This document shows, piece by piece, positions 9,582-18,422 of a stretch of DNA of 64,000 nucleotides. The notes beneath the pieces are model-generated. The model was given only the letters and a program-made list of their open reading frames with translations, made no database searches and had not been told where the DNA came from. Origin of the DNA: Planctomycetota bacterium (lineage in GTDB: Bacteria > Planctomycetota > GCA-002687715 > CAIWVZ01); NCBI GenBank assembly GCA_044222185.1, contig JBGANV010000003.1, positions 352,001-416,000 of the forward strand, given 5' to 3'. Position 1 is the stretch's first letter, and each line of letters begins with the position of its first letter. The position numbers were made by a program, and so were the translations under genes.

Positions 9582-11678
9582 ATGAGGGCACTTCGACAGC
9601 TGGCGATCCTCGCCGGGGTCTCCGCGGTCGTCGGAGCGCAGTCTCCGGCAGATCCAGGGTTCCGAGTCTATCTCTGGTTGGAGGGCGCCTTCGACCTCAC
9701 GGCGACGAGCGTGGCGGCGATCCGGGACCTGGGGTTCGGCGGCGTGAACGCGGAGAGCCCGGCGGACGTCGAGCGGGTCGGGCCGACGGGAATGCCGTTC
9801 TACGTCGACCACGCCGTGCCGAAGGGTTTCCTCCACATCAGGCCCGAAACCTTCACCAGTGCGCGCGATGCGTTCCGCAAGTCCCCCGGCGCCGCGACGC
9901 TGGGTCGCCCCACCTGCCTTCGGGACCCCGCGGCACTCGCAGACGCCGAGGCCGCATTGAAGCGCGTCGCACAGGTCTGTCGGACGTTCCGGCCGGACTT
10001 CGTGTCGCTCACGGACGAGCCCTCCGCGACGCGTGGGATCAACCCGATCGACTGGTGCCAGGACGCCCGGTGCGTGACCGCACTTCCGGCCTTCCTCACC
10101 GAGCGCTGGGGGGACGCGCAGCGCGCGCGCGAGGTCTGGGGGACGCATTGGCCCGCGAACGCTCCCCCGGTTCCCGTGGATACGGAGGACGCGCGGCGCG
10201 CAGCGTTCCACGCCATCGGTCCACCTTCGTTGATCGCCGCATGGAACGACACGCGCAGCTTCGCCGACCAGGCCTTCATCGACGCCGTGGCGCACCTCGC
10301 GAGCGGCCTGCGGCGTGAGCTTCCCGGCGTGCCGGTCGGGCTGAACGGCGTGTCCATGCCAAGCGCCTTCGGGGGCTTCGACTGGGAGCAACTCGCGCCC
10401 GTCCTCGACGCCATCGAGCCCTACGACAACGGCGCCGCGCGAGACCTCATCGAAGGATGCGCGCGACCGGGAACGTCATTCGCTCACACGTACTTCCCGG
10501 AGAGTCGAGATGCGACGAGTCTCGCGCATGAGCTGTGGCATTACTTTCTGAAGGGGGATCGGGCCGCGATCTTCTTCAGCACGCGCCACTGGCTCATGGC
10601 GAACGACCCCAAGCGCCCGACGCCGCTACTCGAGGCGGTCGCGCCCCTGCTGAAGGAACTGGCGAGCGATGCGCTGGCACCCTGGCGTCGGTCGCGGCGC
10701 CTTCGGCCGCAGGTCGCGATCCTGCACTCCATGGCGTCGACACGCGCGCATTGGCTCATCGACACGCGACACGACGGAACGAGCTGGTTCAACCGCCTCA
10801 GTTCCTACGAGGACGAGAACTCGTCTGAAGCCGTCAACCGCGCCGCATGGACCGCGTTGCTTGCGGACCTGGGGCTCTCGTATCGGTTCGTATCGACGAT
10901 GGATCTGCGCAGCGGCGCGTTGGCGAAGAGCGACGTCTCCGTGCTCGTGCTCCCGCGAACCATCGCGCTCAGCGACACCGAGGCACGCGCCATCGAACAC
11001 TTCTCGCAGGCACACCTCGTCCTCGCTGATCGGGACATCGGGCTGTTCACGCACCGCCTGGAACGCCGACAGAAGCCCGCCCTCGACGACCTGTTCGGCA
11101 TCACGCGCGCGGGCCCCGTCGACCTCTCGACGCTCGGGGATCTCACCGTTCGTGGTCCCACGCCGGCGACGCCGCACGAACGTGCGATCACGGCCGCGGG
11201 CGCAGAGAGCGGAGCATCCATCGATGGCGTCCCCGTCCTTTTCGCGCGGGGTTCCGCCGGCGGGCGAGCCGTCTATCTGAACCTTCGCATCGGCAGCTAC
11301 TCGAAGGACCGGGTGAGCGACCCGGACCGCGCCGCGCGCCTGCGCAACTGGATCCGCCCGCAGCTCCTGGGGAGTCAGATTCGCGCCAGGGTCGACCTCC
11401 TCGAACGGGCGACGGGGCGACAACCCCTCATCACCACTCACGTCCGGACGGATGGCGACGACCTGCTGGTGGCGTTCGAGGCGCCGCTCCCAGCCACCGA
11501 CTCCCGTCCTGGAAGTGAATCCCGGCCGCATGCCGCGCCCGTACCATTCGTCGCCCTCGTCCCCGGGACCTTCCAGTTCACGGACGCCGTCAGTGGCGCC
11601 GAGCTCGGCTCCGGGAACCGGATCGAATCCACGACCAGCCCCGATCGGCCGAGAATCGTCCGTCTCCGCCGGCGCTGA
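9582..11678 (+). CDS. Secreted glycoside hydrolase, clan-A/GH42-like, with beta-galactosidase trimerisation-like domain
   Basis: Signal peptide MRALRQLAILAGVSAVVGAQ; SLTDEP acid/base-like motif; PQVAILHS...LADLGLSYRFV...VLVLP...LSDTE trimerisation-domain pattern. Confidence 0.65.
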   Translation: MRALRQLAILAGVSAVVGAQSPADPGFRVYLWLEGAFDLTATSVAAIRDLGFGGVNAESPADVERVGPTGMPFYVDHAVPKGFLHIRPETFTSARDAFRKSPGAATLGRPTCLRDPAALADAEAALKRVAQVCRTFRPDFVSLTDEPSATRGINPIDWCQDARCVTALPAFLTERWGDAQRAREVWGTHWPANAPPVPVDTEDARRAAFHAIGPPSLIAAWNDTRSFADQAFIDAVAHLASGLRRELPGVPVGLNGVSMPSAFGGFDWEQLAPVLDAIEPYDNGAARDLIEGCARPGTSFAHTYFPESRDATSLAHELWHYFLKGDRAAIFFSTRHWLMANDPKRPTPLLEAVAPLLKELASDALAPWRRSRRLRPQVAILHSMASTRAHWLIDTRHDGTSWFNRLSSYEDENSSEAVNRAAWTALLADLGLSYRFVSTMDLRSGALAKSDVSVLVLPRTIALSDTEARAIEHFSQAHLVLADRDIGLFTHRLERRQKPALDDLFGITRAGPVDLSTLGDLTVRGPTPATPHERAITAAGAESGASIDGVPVLFARGSAGGRAVYLNLRIGSYSKDRVSDPDRAARLRNWIRPQLLGSQIRARVDLLERATGRQPLITTHVRTDGDDLLVAFEAPLPATDSRPGSESRPHAAPVPFVALVPGTFQFTDAVSGAELGSGNRIESTTSPDRPRIVRLRRR

Positions 11679-11699
11679 ACCGCCTCAGATCCGGACCAA

Positions 11700-11746
11700 G
11701 CACCACATTTGGGCCAGGTCACAGCCACACCCACCACATCTTGGGC
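11700..11746. promoter_or_regulatory. Tandem NrdR-box-like operator pair
   Basis: GCACCACATTTGGGCC (11700-11715) and CCACCACATCTTGGGC (11731-11746) both keep the conserved C4,A6,A8,T9,T11,G13 of the NrdR consensus acaCwAtATaTwGtgt and start 31 bp apart. Confidence 0.5.
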
Positions 11747-11806
11747 GTCGCGGACTGCCGCAAACCGCCACCGCCGCGCTTGCAACAGGCCTGTGGAGTT
11801 CTTGCG

Positions 11807-11834
11807 TTGACCACCCCCCCGGTAGTTCTATAAT
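11807..11834 (+). promoter_or_regulatory. Near-consensus sigma70 promoter
   Basis: TTGACC (11807-12), 16-nt spacer, TATAAT (11829-34), in an intergenic region of a GC-rich genome. Confidence 0.75.
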
Positions 11835-11840
11835 CCCCGC

Positions 11841-12040
11841 GCTGTCGACGGAGAGCGTCTTGTTCACGTTGCCAGCGGCGCCCGAAGAACACCGGGTCCG
11901 CACCCGCCGACTTCCGGCTCGACGCAAGACAAAGCTCGGATTTGGCCACGATTGGAAAAGGTCCCGTAACTCCTGATCCGTCCCCGATCCGACTTCCGAG
12001 ACCCCCGGTGCCTTCAAGTGCCGGGGGTCTCGTCCTTTTC
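11841..12040 (+). other. About 200-nt transcription unit: structured ncRNA and/or 38-aa basic sORF (11860-11976)
   Basis: Lies between the promoter and the terminator. Stems GAGC-GTCTTG/CAAGAC-AAA-GCTC, CGGCG/CGCCG, CCCG/CGGG, TCGGAT/ATCCGA. GGAG RBS 6 nt before TTG 11860, giving (M)FTLPAAPEEHRVRTRRLPARRKTKLGFGHDWKRSRNS. Confidence 0.5.
11997..12040 (+). terminator. Intrinsic terminator-like hairpin
   Basis: CGAGACCCCCGGTGC-CTTCAA-GTGCCGGGGGTCTCG followed by TCCTTTTC. Confidence 0.75.
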
Positions 12041-12161
12041 AGCGACCACCTCAGCTCGTCGCACACCCGCGCCCGCAACGTTCACGGCGCCGCCGGCAAT
12101 CGATCGGCGGGTGCCACTCCCGCCGGCGAAATAGTTCCCGCGCCCAAATGAGTCCCCTAAG

Positions 12162-14150
12162 ATGCGTGCCGACTCTCGTGCGAAGGCACGGCGCCAGTTC
12201 CCGTTGATGGTCTATCTGCTGCTTCAAAACGAAGTCCTCGAGAACGTTCCGTTCGACCTCACGCGTGAGCTCGTTCTCGTTGGCCGGGGCGCCGACGCCC
12301 ACATCAAGGTCGACCACCCGAGCGTCTCGCGGATCCACGCGCGGATCGAGCGAACGAGCGACGCGCTGCTCGTCGAGGATCTGGGGAGCCGCAACGGGAC
12401 GTTCGTGAACGACCGTGCAGTTGCATGTCCCACGGCGGTCCACCCCGGTGACCGCATCCGCTGCGGTGAGGTCGTGTTCGTCGTTCGCGAGCGCGACGCC
12501 GCGCCGGGGGTATCCGCCGCGGCACCGGCGCTCACGCGACGCACGCTGGTCGGCGCGGCCGTCGTGATCCTCGCTTGTTGCGCCGCAGCCGCGTTCGCAT
12601 TCACGCGAACGCGTCATGAGGAAGACCGCTCTCCCGCGCCAGTCGCCACGGCGCCAGCCGAGCCGGTCACGAACGCGAGACCCTCGAACCACGCAGCGAT
12701 GCAAGAGCTTCCGGTGGTCGTGGAGCCGCAACCCGAACCTCATTCACGCCCGGTGATCGTCGAGGCCCCGCCAGTTCCCAAACCCCAGCCGCCGACGGAA
12801 GTCGTCGAGTCGCCTCCTGCGCCGACGGCAGCGGCGACGCTGACGCCGATGGAAACGGCCGCGCCCAAGCCGGCTCCCGCGACCGAGGCGCCGTTCCCGG
12901 ATCGACTCGCCGAGGCCCGCGCGGCTGGCTTCGAGGCCGTATCGGCCCTGCTCGCCGATTGCGACCGCCGCGCCCTTCACGACGAAGCCGACCGAACGCT
13001 CGCCGTCGCCCTGGAGATGCGCCCCGAGGACGCCACGCTCCGTGCGCGCATCGGAGACCGCCGATACCTCGGTCGCTGGCGATCTCACGCCGACCTCGTG
13101 AAGCTGGGCGTGCTCGATGACGCCGGAAAACTGCGTGGATCCGACACCGACCGAGCCCGCGTGCGCCGCCTCTACATCGACCTGGTCGGACGCACGCCGC
13201 TTCTCACCGAGCTTCCGACCGCCCTCGCCATGAGTCGCGAGGAGATGGTCGACAAACTCCTCGCGTCCGCGGAGCACGCATCACTCTGGTACGAGGACGA
13301 GCTCTTCTACTTCCTCCTGCTCGACGATTTCCGCCCGTCCGAGGACCGGCTGAACGACCTGCCCGGGCGCCTCGCGGCGGCACAGGTCACCGTCAAGGAC
13401 GGGATCGGCGAGATCGTGAAGTCCCAGTTCTTCAACGCCCGCAATCCGGGGAACGACACCTACGTCACCGTGATCCTCGAGCAACTGCTCGGCATCACGG
13501 TGCAGAAGGACCCGCGACTCCTCGAATCCGGGAAGAAGATGTACGACGGCTACGCGACGTCGATCTTCGGGAAGCGCGGCGCGTCGCAGGGTGACTTCGT
13601 CGAGATCTCCATGCAGCAGCCGGCGTTCTCGTCCTTCTACGTGGCGCGCGCCGGCCGGCGCCTCTTGGGCCAGGACCTCCCGAAGAAGGAACTGGACCGC
13701 CTGGCGGCTCAGTTTCATGGCGAGCCGCGCACGTTCCTGGCGATCGAACGCGAGATCGTCCTGTCGGCGGCCTACACGGAAACGTGCAAGACGCCGCGCA
13801 AGAAGACCGATCAGCAGTTCGTGCGCACCCTCTACCACGACCTTCTCGCGCGGGCGCCGACCTACCAGGAGCTGCGCAACATGCGCAACGCGACCCAGGC
13901 GCTCGCCGACCCGGTGGGGATCCGCTCCGTGATCATCAAGGCGATCCTGGAGTCGGAGTCCGTGGCACCGCCGCCGAAGAACGAGATCAAGCCCGCGACC
14001 TGGATCCCCGATCAATTCCTGCACATGCTGGGACGATCGCCGAGTCCCGCGGAACTCGAGACGTTCCTCGACGTCTGGAAGACGCCCGCGTGCCGCCCGT
14101 CGACGATCCTGCATGCCATCCTCACGAGCGCCGAATATCAGCACTACTGA
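12162..14150 (+). CDS. FHA domain, TM helix, Pro-rich linker and DUF1549/DUF1553-like helical domain
   Basis: FHA motifs VGRGADAHI, SVSRIHARI, EDLGSRNGTFVN; TM LVGAAVVILACCAAAAFAF; repeated RRLYIDLVGRTP / RTLYHDLLARAPTYQE / LHMLGRSPSPAE, ending AILTSAEY. Start may be 12207. Confidence 0.75.
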   Translation: MRADSRAKARRQFPLMVYLLLQNEVLENVPFDLTRELVLVGRGADAHIKVDHPSVSRIHARIERTSDALLVEDLGSRNGTFVNDRAVACPTAVHPGDRIRCGEVVFVVRERDAAPGVSAAAPALTRRTLVGAAVVILACCAAAAFAFTRTRHEEDRSPAPVATAPAEPVTNARPSNHAAMQELPVVVEPQPEPHSRPVIVEAPPVPKPQPPTEVVESPPAPTAAATLTPMETAAPKPAPATEAPFPDRLAEARAAGFEAVSALLADCDRRALHDEADRTLAVALEMRPEDATLRARIGDRRYLGRWRSHADLVKLGVLDDAGKLRGSDTDRARVRRLYIDLVGRTPLLTELPTALAMSREEMVDKLLASAEHASLWYEDELFYFLLLDDFRPSEDRLNDLPGRLAAAQVTVKDGIGEIVKSQFFNARNPGNDTYVTVILEQLLGITVQKDPRLLESGKKMYDGYATSIFGKRGASQGDFVEISMQQPAFSSFYVARAGRRLLGQDLPKKELDRLAAQFHGEPRTFLAIEREIVLSAAYTETCKTPRKKTDQQFVRTLYHDLLARAPTYQELRNMRNATQALADPVGIRSVIIKAILESESVAPPPKNEIKPATWIPDQFLHMLGRSPSPAELETFLDVWKTPACRPSTILHAILTSAEYQHY

Positions 14151-14164
14151 GATTGGACCCCGTC

Positions 14165-15349
14165 ATGACACGATCGAAACTCAACCGACGCGACTTCCTG
14201 CTGGCGACGGGCGTCGCCATGGGGACCGCCGCCGCGGCGCGGGCCGGAGTGACGCTTCCGTCGCGGGAGCTGCTTCTCCCGACGCGAGCGCCATACAAGA
14301 CGCAGCGGGTGATCCTCGTGGCGTTCGCGGGCGGTGTTCGCAGCCGTGACACGATCGGCGCGCCGCAGAACGTCCCGAACCTCATGAAGATCGCCAAGGC
14401 CGGCGTCGTGTTCCCGAACACGCGTTGCTCGAACCTCGGCCACTTCGGCGCCGCTCTCTCGATCTTCACGGGTGTCCAGGACTACGCGGGCATCCGCGAG
14501 AACGACCGCGGCGACTACCCGACGATGTTCGAGTACCTGCGCAAGCAGCTCGGGCTCTCGGCATCCGACGTGTGGCTCTCGGCGACCGGCGGCGTCCAGC
14601 AGCAGAACTTCACGTACTCCTACCACCGCGGCTACGGCCAGAAGTACGGCGCCAACCTCATCTCGTCGGACGGGATCTTCAACGCAGAGTTCCAGGGCAT
14701 CCTGAACTCGTTCGGCAAGGTCCAGATGCCGACGGAACAGGAGAACGACGCGCTCCAGCGCCTCCGCACGGCGATGACCGCGGAAGCGAAGGACCGCGGA
14801 CTCGCCGGAGCGGACCTGAACTCGCCGGAGGCTCTGCGCTCGATCGAGAAGTTCATCCTGGAGGAGCTCAACCAGGACACGGCGCGGCTGACGGGGCCCG
14901 GATCCGGCGACGCCAAGACCATGCGCGTCGCATCGAACCTCTTCCGCGGCTTCAAGCCCAAGGTCCTCGGCGTCGTGCTCCAGCAGGCGGACGTGGCGCA
15001 CGGGTCCTACAACGGCTACGTGGAAGTCATCCGGCGCAACGACGACGAACTGGGCAAGCTCTGGCAAGGGATCCAGAACGACAGGGCGCTCCGCGACACG
15101 ACGTCGATCTTCATCCTCCCCGAGTTCGGCCGAAACAAGGACCTCAACGAACGCAACGGGCTGGACCACGGCGACGGAAGCCTCGATCTCCAGAACATCG
15201 CGCTCGTCGCGGCAGGCCCGGACATCAAGGCGAACCAGATCGTGAAGAAGGACATCCACGCCACGGACGTCTGCCCGACGATCTGCGAGATTCTCGGCGC
15301 CAAGCCCGAGCTCGCGAAGGGCAAGGTCATCCGCGATGCCCTCGTGTGA
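14165..15349 (+). CDS. Tat-exported alkaline-phosphatase-superfamily / DUF1501-like protein
   Basis: Twin-arginine signal LNRRDFLL; VILVAFAGG, DVAH, PEFGR, NGLDHG, AAGPDI, TDVCPTI motifs. Confidence 0.75.
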   Translation: MTRSKLNRRDFLLATGVAMGTAAAARAGVTLPSRELLLPTRAPYKTQRVILVAFAGGVRSRDTIGAPQNVPNLMKIAKAGVVFPNTRCSNLGHFGAALSIFTGVQDYAGIRENDRGDYPTMFEYLRKQLGLSASDVWLSATGGVQQQNFTYSYHRGYGQKYGANLISSDGIFNAEFQGILNSFGKVQMPTEQENDALQRLRTAMTAEAKDRGLAGADLNSPEALRSIEKFILEELNQDTARLTGPGSGDAKTMRVASNLFRGFKPKVLGVVLQQADVAHGSYNGYVEVIRRNDDELGKLWQGIQNDRALRDTTSIFILPEFGRNKDLNERNGLDHGDGSLDLQNIALVAAGPDIKANQIVKKDIHATDVCPTICEILGAKPELAKGKVIRDALV

Positions 15350-15416
15350 GCCCTGACGCCGCGCCACCGACGCCCGGCTCGCTGATGGGGCGCGGCCCGA
15401 TGCGAACTTCCAACCC

Positions 15417-18400
15417 ATGACGACCTCGCCCGAGCTCGCATCGACTGGGATGATCCGGCCGGTCCTCGCGGCAGTCGTCGTGGCGGCGATCGGTGCAGTC
15501 CTGCTGCCCGGTCCGGCGGGTTCCGTCGTCGCGCGCCCGACCGACGGCCCGCACGTTCGCCCTGGAGCGGAAAGCTCGGGATGCGAGACCTGCCACGCCG
15601 GAATCGAGGACATGCATCCCGCGTTCGCGCTGACCTGCGTCGACTGTCACGGGGGCAACGGCACGGCGACGACGGCGGATGGCGCACACGTCAAGCCCGA
15701 GCGCGCGCTCCCCAACGACGAACGCATCGTTCCCCTCGACTACGACCTTTCGTTCCGCCGCTTCGTGAACCCCGCTGACCTGCGCGTCGCGCAGCAAGCC
15801 TGCGGGGGCTGTCACGCAGGGATCGTCGCGGACGTGAAGAAATCGCTCCACGGGACGACCGCGGGCCATCTCTCCGATGGCTTGTTCGAGAACGGCGTCG
15901 TCAAGAAGCGTGGGACGTCCTTCTCGATCTTCCCCGTCGCGCACGAGAGCACGCCCAAGTCCCCGCACGGGCTGAAGGAGCTGTCGCCGGTTGGCGGCTT
16001 CCAACCCTCGGCGCCCGCCGACGAAATCCCGACGCACTATCGCGACGTCGTCCGCAAGAACTGCATGCAGTGCCACCTGTGGTCCCGCGGACGCGCGGTT
16101 CGCGGTCGGTTGGGACTGGACGGCGACTATCGCTCGGAAGGCTGCGCAGCGTGCCACGTCACGTACTCCGATACCGGGTTCTCCACCTCGGCGGACACGA
16201 AGATCGACCACAAGGAACCCGGTCATCCGTTGAAGCACGCGATGACGAGCAAGATCCCCACGGACACGTGCACGCGCTGCCACTACGGCGACGCACAGAT
16301 CGGGCTGTCGTTCCGCGGACTGGCGCAGCTCGTTCCCGGCCAACCAGCCGGCCCCGACGTCCCGGGAACCACCGCCAAGCGCCTCAACGGAAACTTCTAC
16401 GTTCGCGACGATTCGATCACGCCGCCGGACGTCCACCACCAACGCGGCATGCACTGCATCGACTGCCACACGTCCCGTGACACCATGGGCGACGGTGAGA
16501 TCTACCCGGTGATGGATCATGCGGTCGAGGTGGAGTGCTCGACCTGCCACGGGACGATCGAGGCGGAGGCGGACCTCAAGACGGCAGCCGGTCGGTCCAT
16601 GAAGAATCTCGTCCGCGAGGGACAGGAAGTCTTCCTCGTGTCCAAGGTCACGGGTGCGCGCCACCGCGTCAAGCAGGCGAAGAACGTCGTCGACGCCCTC
16701 CATCCGGACTTCCGACCGATGGCCCGCGAAGCGATGACGAAGGAGCACGGGAAACTCGAGTGCTACGCCTGCCATGCCGGCTGGACCGTGAACTTCTACG
16801 GCTTCCACTTCGACCGCAACGAGTCTTTCACGCAGCTCGAGCTCATCTCGGGCCAGCGCACGCCCGGCCGCGTGAACACGCTCGAGAAGGTCTTCGCGAC
16901 GTTCAAGCAATTCCAGCTCGGTTTGAACCACGAGGACGCATTCAGCACCTACGTGGTCGGGTTCAGCACGTTCTGCACGGCCTATGACGCCACCGGAAAG
17001 GTCGTCATCGACCAGCGGATGCCGAAGAGCGCGAACGGGTTGTCGGGGATGACCCTGATTCACCATCAGACGCACAGCACGAGGCCCGAGGCGCGATCCT
17101 GCGTCGAGTGCCACCGCTCCGGCTCCACGTGGGGGTTGGGGTCGGGTTCGTTCCGGCTGGGACGTGGCCTCGTCGCCAGCGCGACGCCCAAGGGTGTGGC
17201 CCTCGTCGCAACCGATCGCAAGACGATCGCCCAGTCCGTCGCCATGGCGGAGGTGCCCGTCGAGAATGCGCGGGACGTCGCCGTCGTCACGGATCCCATC
17301 AACGGCTTCACCGAGACGATCTACGCGGCGACGGCCCAGGGCATCACGGTCATCTCGACGGCGAACCCGGCGTTCCCCGACGTGCGGGCGAAGATCGCCG
17401 TGGAGGGAGGCGTCCGCGCCGTGCTCGCGACCGACCGCACGCTCTACGCCGCGAGCGGCCGTGGCGGCGTCCTCGTCTACGAGCTGAAGGATCGCCTCAA
17501 ACCCGAACTCGTCGCCCGCGTCCCCGTGCAGGATGCGCGCGGCCTCGCACACGGCTCGCTCTGCCTCTTCGTAGCCGACGGTGTGAACGGGCTCACGACG
17601 CTGGACGTCGCCGACCCGCGCAATCCGTCCATCCTCTCGAACCTGAAGCTCGGCCGTGTGTCGCCCACGGACCCGCCTGACGCGGGCTGCGAACGCGTTG
17701 CCGTGTTCTTCCAGTACAGCAGGCCCGCCATCGGAGACGCGCCGCGGTCCCGAGCGCGCCATCTCGCCGTCGCTGGGGGCCTGGGGATCGGGCTTCACCT
17801 GATCGACGTCACCGAGCCGACCCGGCCATTCATCATCAAGTCGTTCGGCGGAAAGAACGCGCTCGAGGGGATCAACAACGGCCGCCTCGTCGGCGTGGAG
17901 ATCGTGAGCAAATACGACCTGGGAAGCGCGGGCGGCGGCATCCCCTCGGTCGAGAACGACTACGTCTATGCCGCCATCGCCGGTGAACGGAACAGCGTCC
18001 AGATCCTCCGCGTGTCCGATCCGCGCAAGGCCGAGCGCGTCGAGACCATCCGCCTCGACGCCCGCCCGACCGGCCTCGCGACGCTTCGCCTGTACAACCC
18101 GCCGTTTCTGGTTCACGACCTCGTCATCCCCACGACCAAAGGCCTGCGCATCGCCGACGTGACTCGCTCCGAGCAACCGGCGATCGTCGCCAAGATGGAC
18201 GATCTCGTGTGCTCGGGCGGCGTCGCCGTCGAATCCATGCCGTTGGATCGGGTGATCACCGAGGAAGGGATCCAGTTGAAGGACATCGCCCACGAACACG
18301 CCCGCTACGTGACCGCCGCAGAGCTCCGGCGCATCCTTCGGACGCGGATCCCGTACAATGCCCCCGACCCCGCAGACGACCAGCCCGACGAACTCCCGAA

Positions 18401-18422
18401 CAAGGAGAAGCGCCCAAAATGA
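15417..18422 (+). CDS. Secreted decaheme c-type cytochrome with C-terminal LVIVD-like beta-propeller
   Basis: 10 CxxCH motifs: CETCH, CVDCH, CGGCH, CMQCH, CAACH, CTRCH, CIDCH, CSTCH, CYACH, CVECH. C-terminal repeats LYAASGRGGVLVYE, LFVADGVNGLTTLDVADPRNP, GLHLIDVTEPTRP. N-terminal signal or anchor. Confidence 0.9.
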   Translation: MTTSPELASTGMIRPVLAAVVVAAIGAVLLPGPAGSVVARPTDGPHVRPGAESSGCETCHAGIEDMHPAFALTCVDCHGGNGTATTADGAHVKPERALPNDERIVPLDYDLSFRRFVNPADLRVAQQACGGCHAGIVADVKKSLHGTTAGHLSDGLFENGVVKKRGTSFSIFPVAHESTPKSPHGLKELSPVGGFQPSAPADEIPTHYRDVVRKNCMQCHLWSRGRAVRGRLGLDGDYRSEGCAACHVTYSDTGFSTSADTKIDHKEPGHPLKHAMTSKIPTDTCTRCHYGDAQIGLSFRGLAQLVPGQPAGPDVPGTTAKRLNGNFYVRDDSITPPDVHHQRGMHCIDCHTSRDTMGDGEIYPVMDHAVEVECSTCHGTIEAEADLKTAAGRSMKNLVREGQEVFLVSKVTGARHRVKQAKNVVDALHPDFRPMAREAMTKEHGKLECYACHAGWTVNFYGFHFDRNESFTQLELISGQRTPGRVNTLEKVFATFKQFQLGLNHEDAFSTYVVGFSTFCTAYDATGKVVIDQRMPKSANGLSGMTLIHHQTHSTRPEARSCVECHRSGSTWGLGSGSFRLGRGLVASATPKGVALVATDRKTIAQSVAMAEVPVENARDVAVVTDPINGFTETIYAATAQGITVISTANPAFPDVRAKIAVEGGVRAVLATDRTLYAASGRGGVLVYELKDRLKPELVARVPVQDARGLAHGSLCLFVADGVNGLTTLDVADPRNPSILSNLKLGRVSPTDPPDAGCERVAVFFQYSRPAIGDAPRSRARHLAVAGGLGIGLHLIDVTEPTRPFIIKSFGGKNALEGINNGRLVGVEIVSKYDLGSAGGGIPSVENDYVYAAIAGERNSVQILRVSDPRKAERVETIRLDARPTGLATLRLYNPPFLVHDLVIPTTKGLRIADVTRSEQPAIVAKMDDLVCSGGVAVESMPLDRVITEEGIQLKDIAHEHARYVTAAELRRILRTRIPYNAPDPADDQPDELPNKEKRPK

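Noticed and set aside
7319-9596. Sigma28-like -10 words GCCGATAC (7319-26) and ACCGATAA (9570-77) on the minus strand upstream of repeat-protein paralogs
   Set aside because: Neither has a matching AAG -35 element at 15-16 nt spacing, so they are likely chance matches in GC-rich DNA.
11841-12040. T-box, cobalamin riboswitch, SRP RNA, tmRNA or tRNA identity for the small transcript
   Set aside because: I saw no T-box GGTGGNACC motif, B12 box, SRP GGAA-loop core or cloverleaf. 6S RNA cannot be excluded without a covariance search.
15327-18299. 990-aa minus-strand ORF, and similar long ORFs at 4889-6991, 6864-9503, 49732-52383 and 50519-53374
   Set aside because: These are shadow or alternate frames of clearly recognisable genes and have no domain signal of their own.
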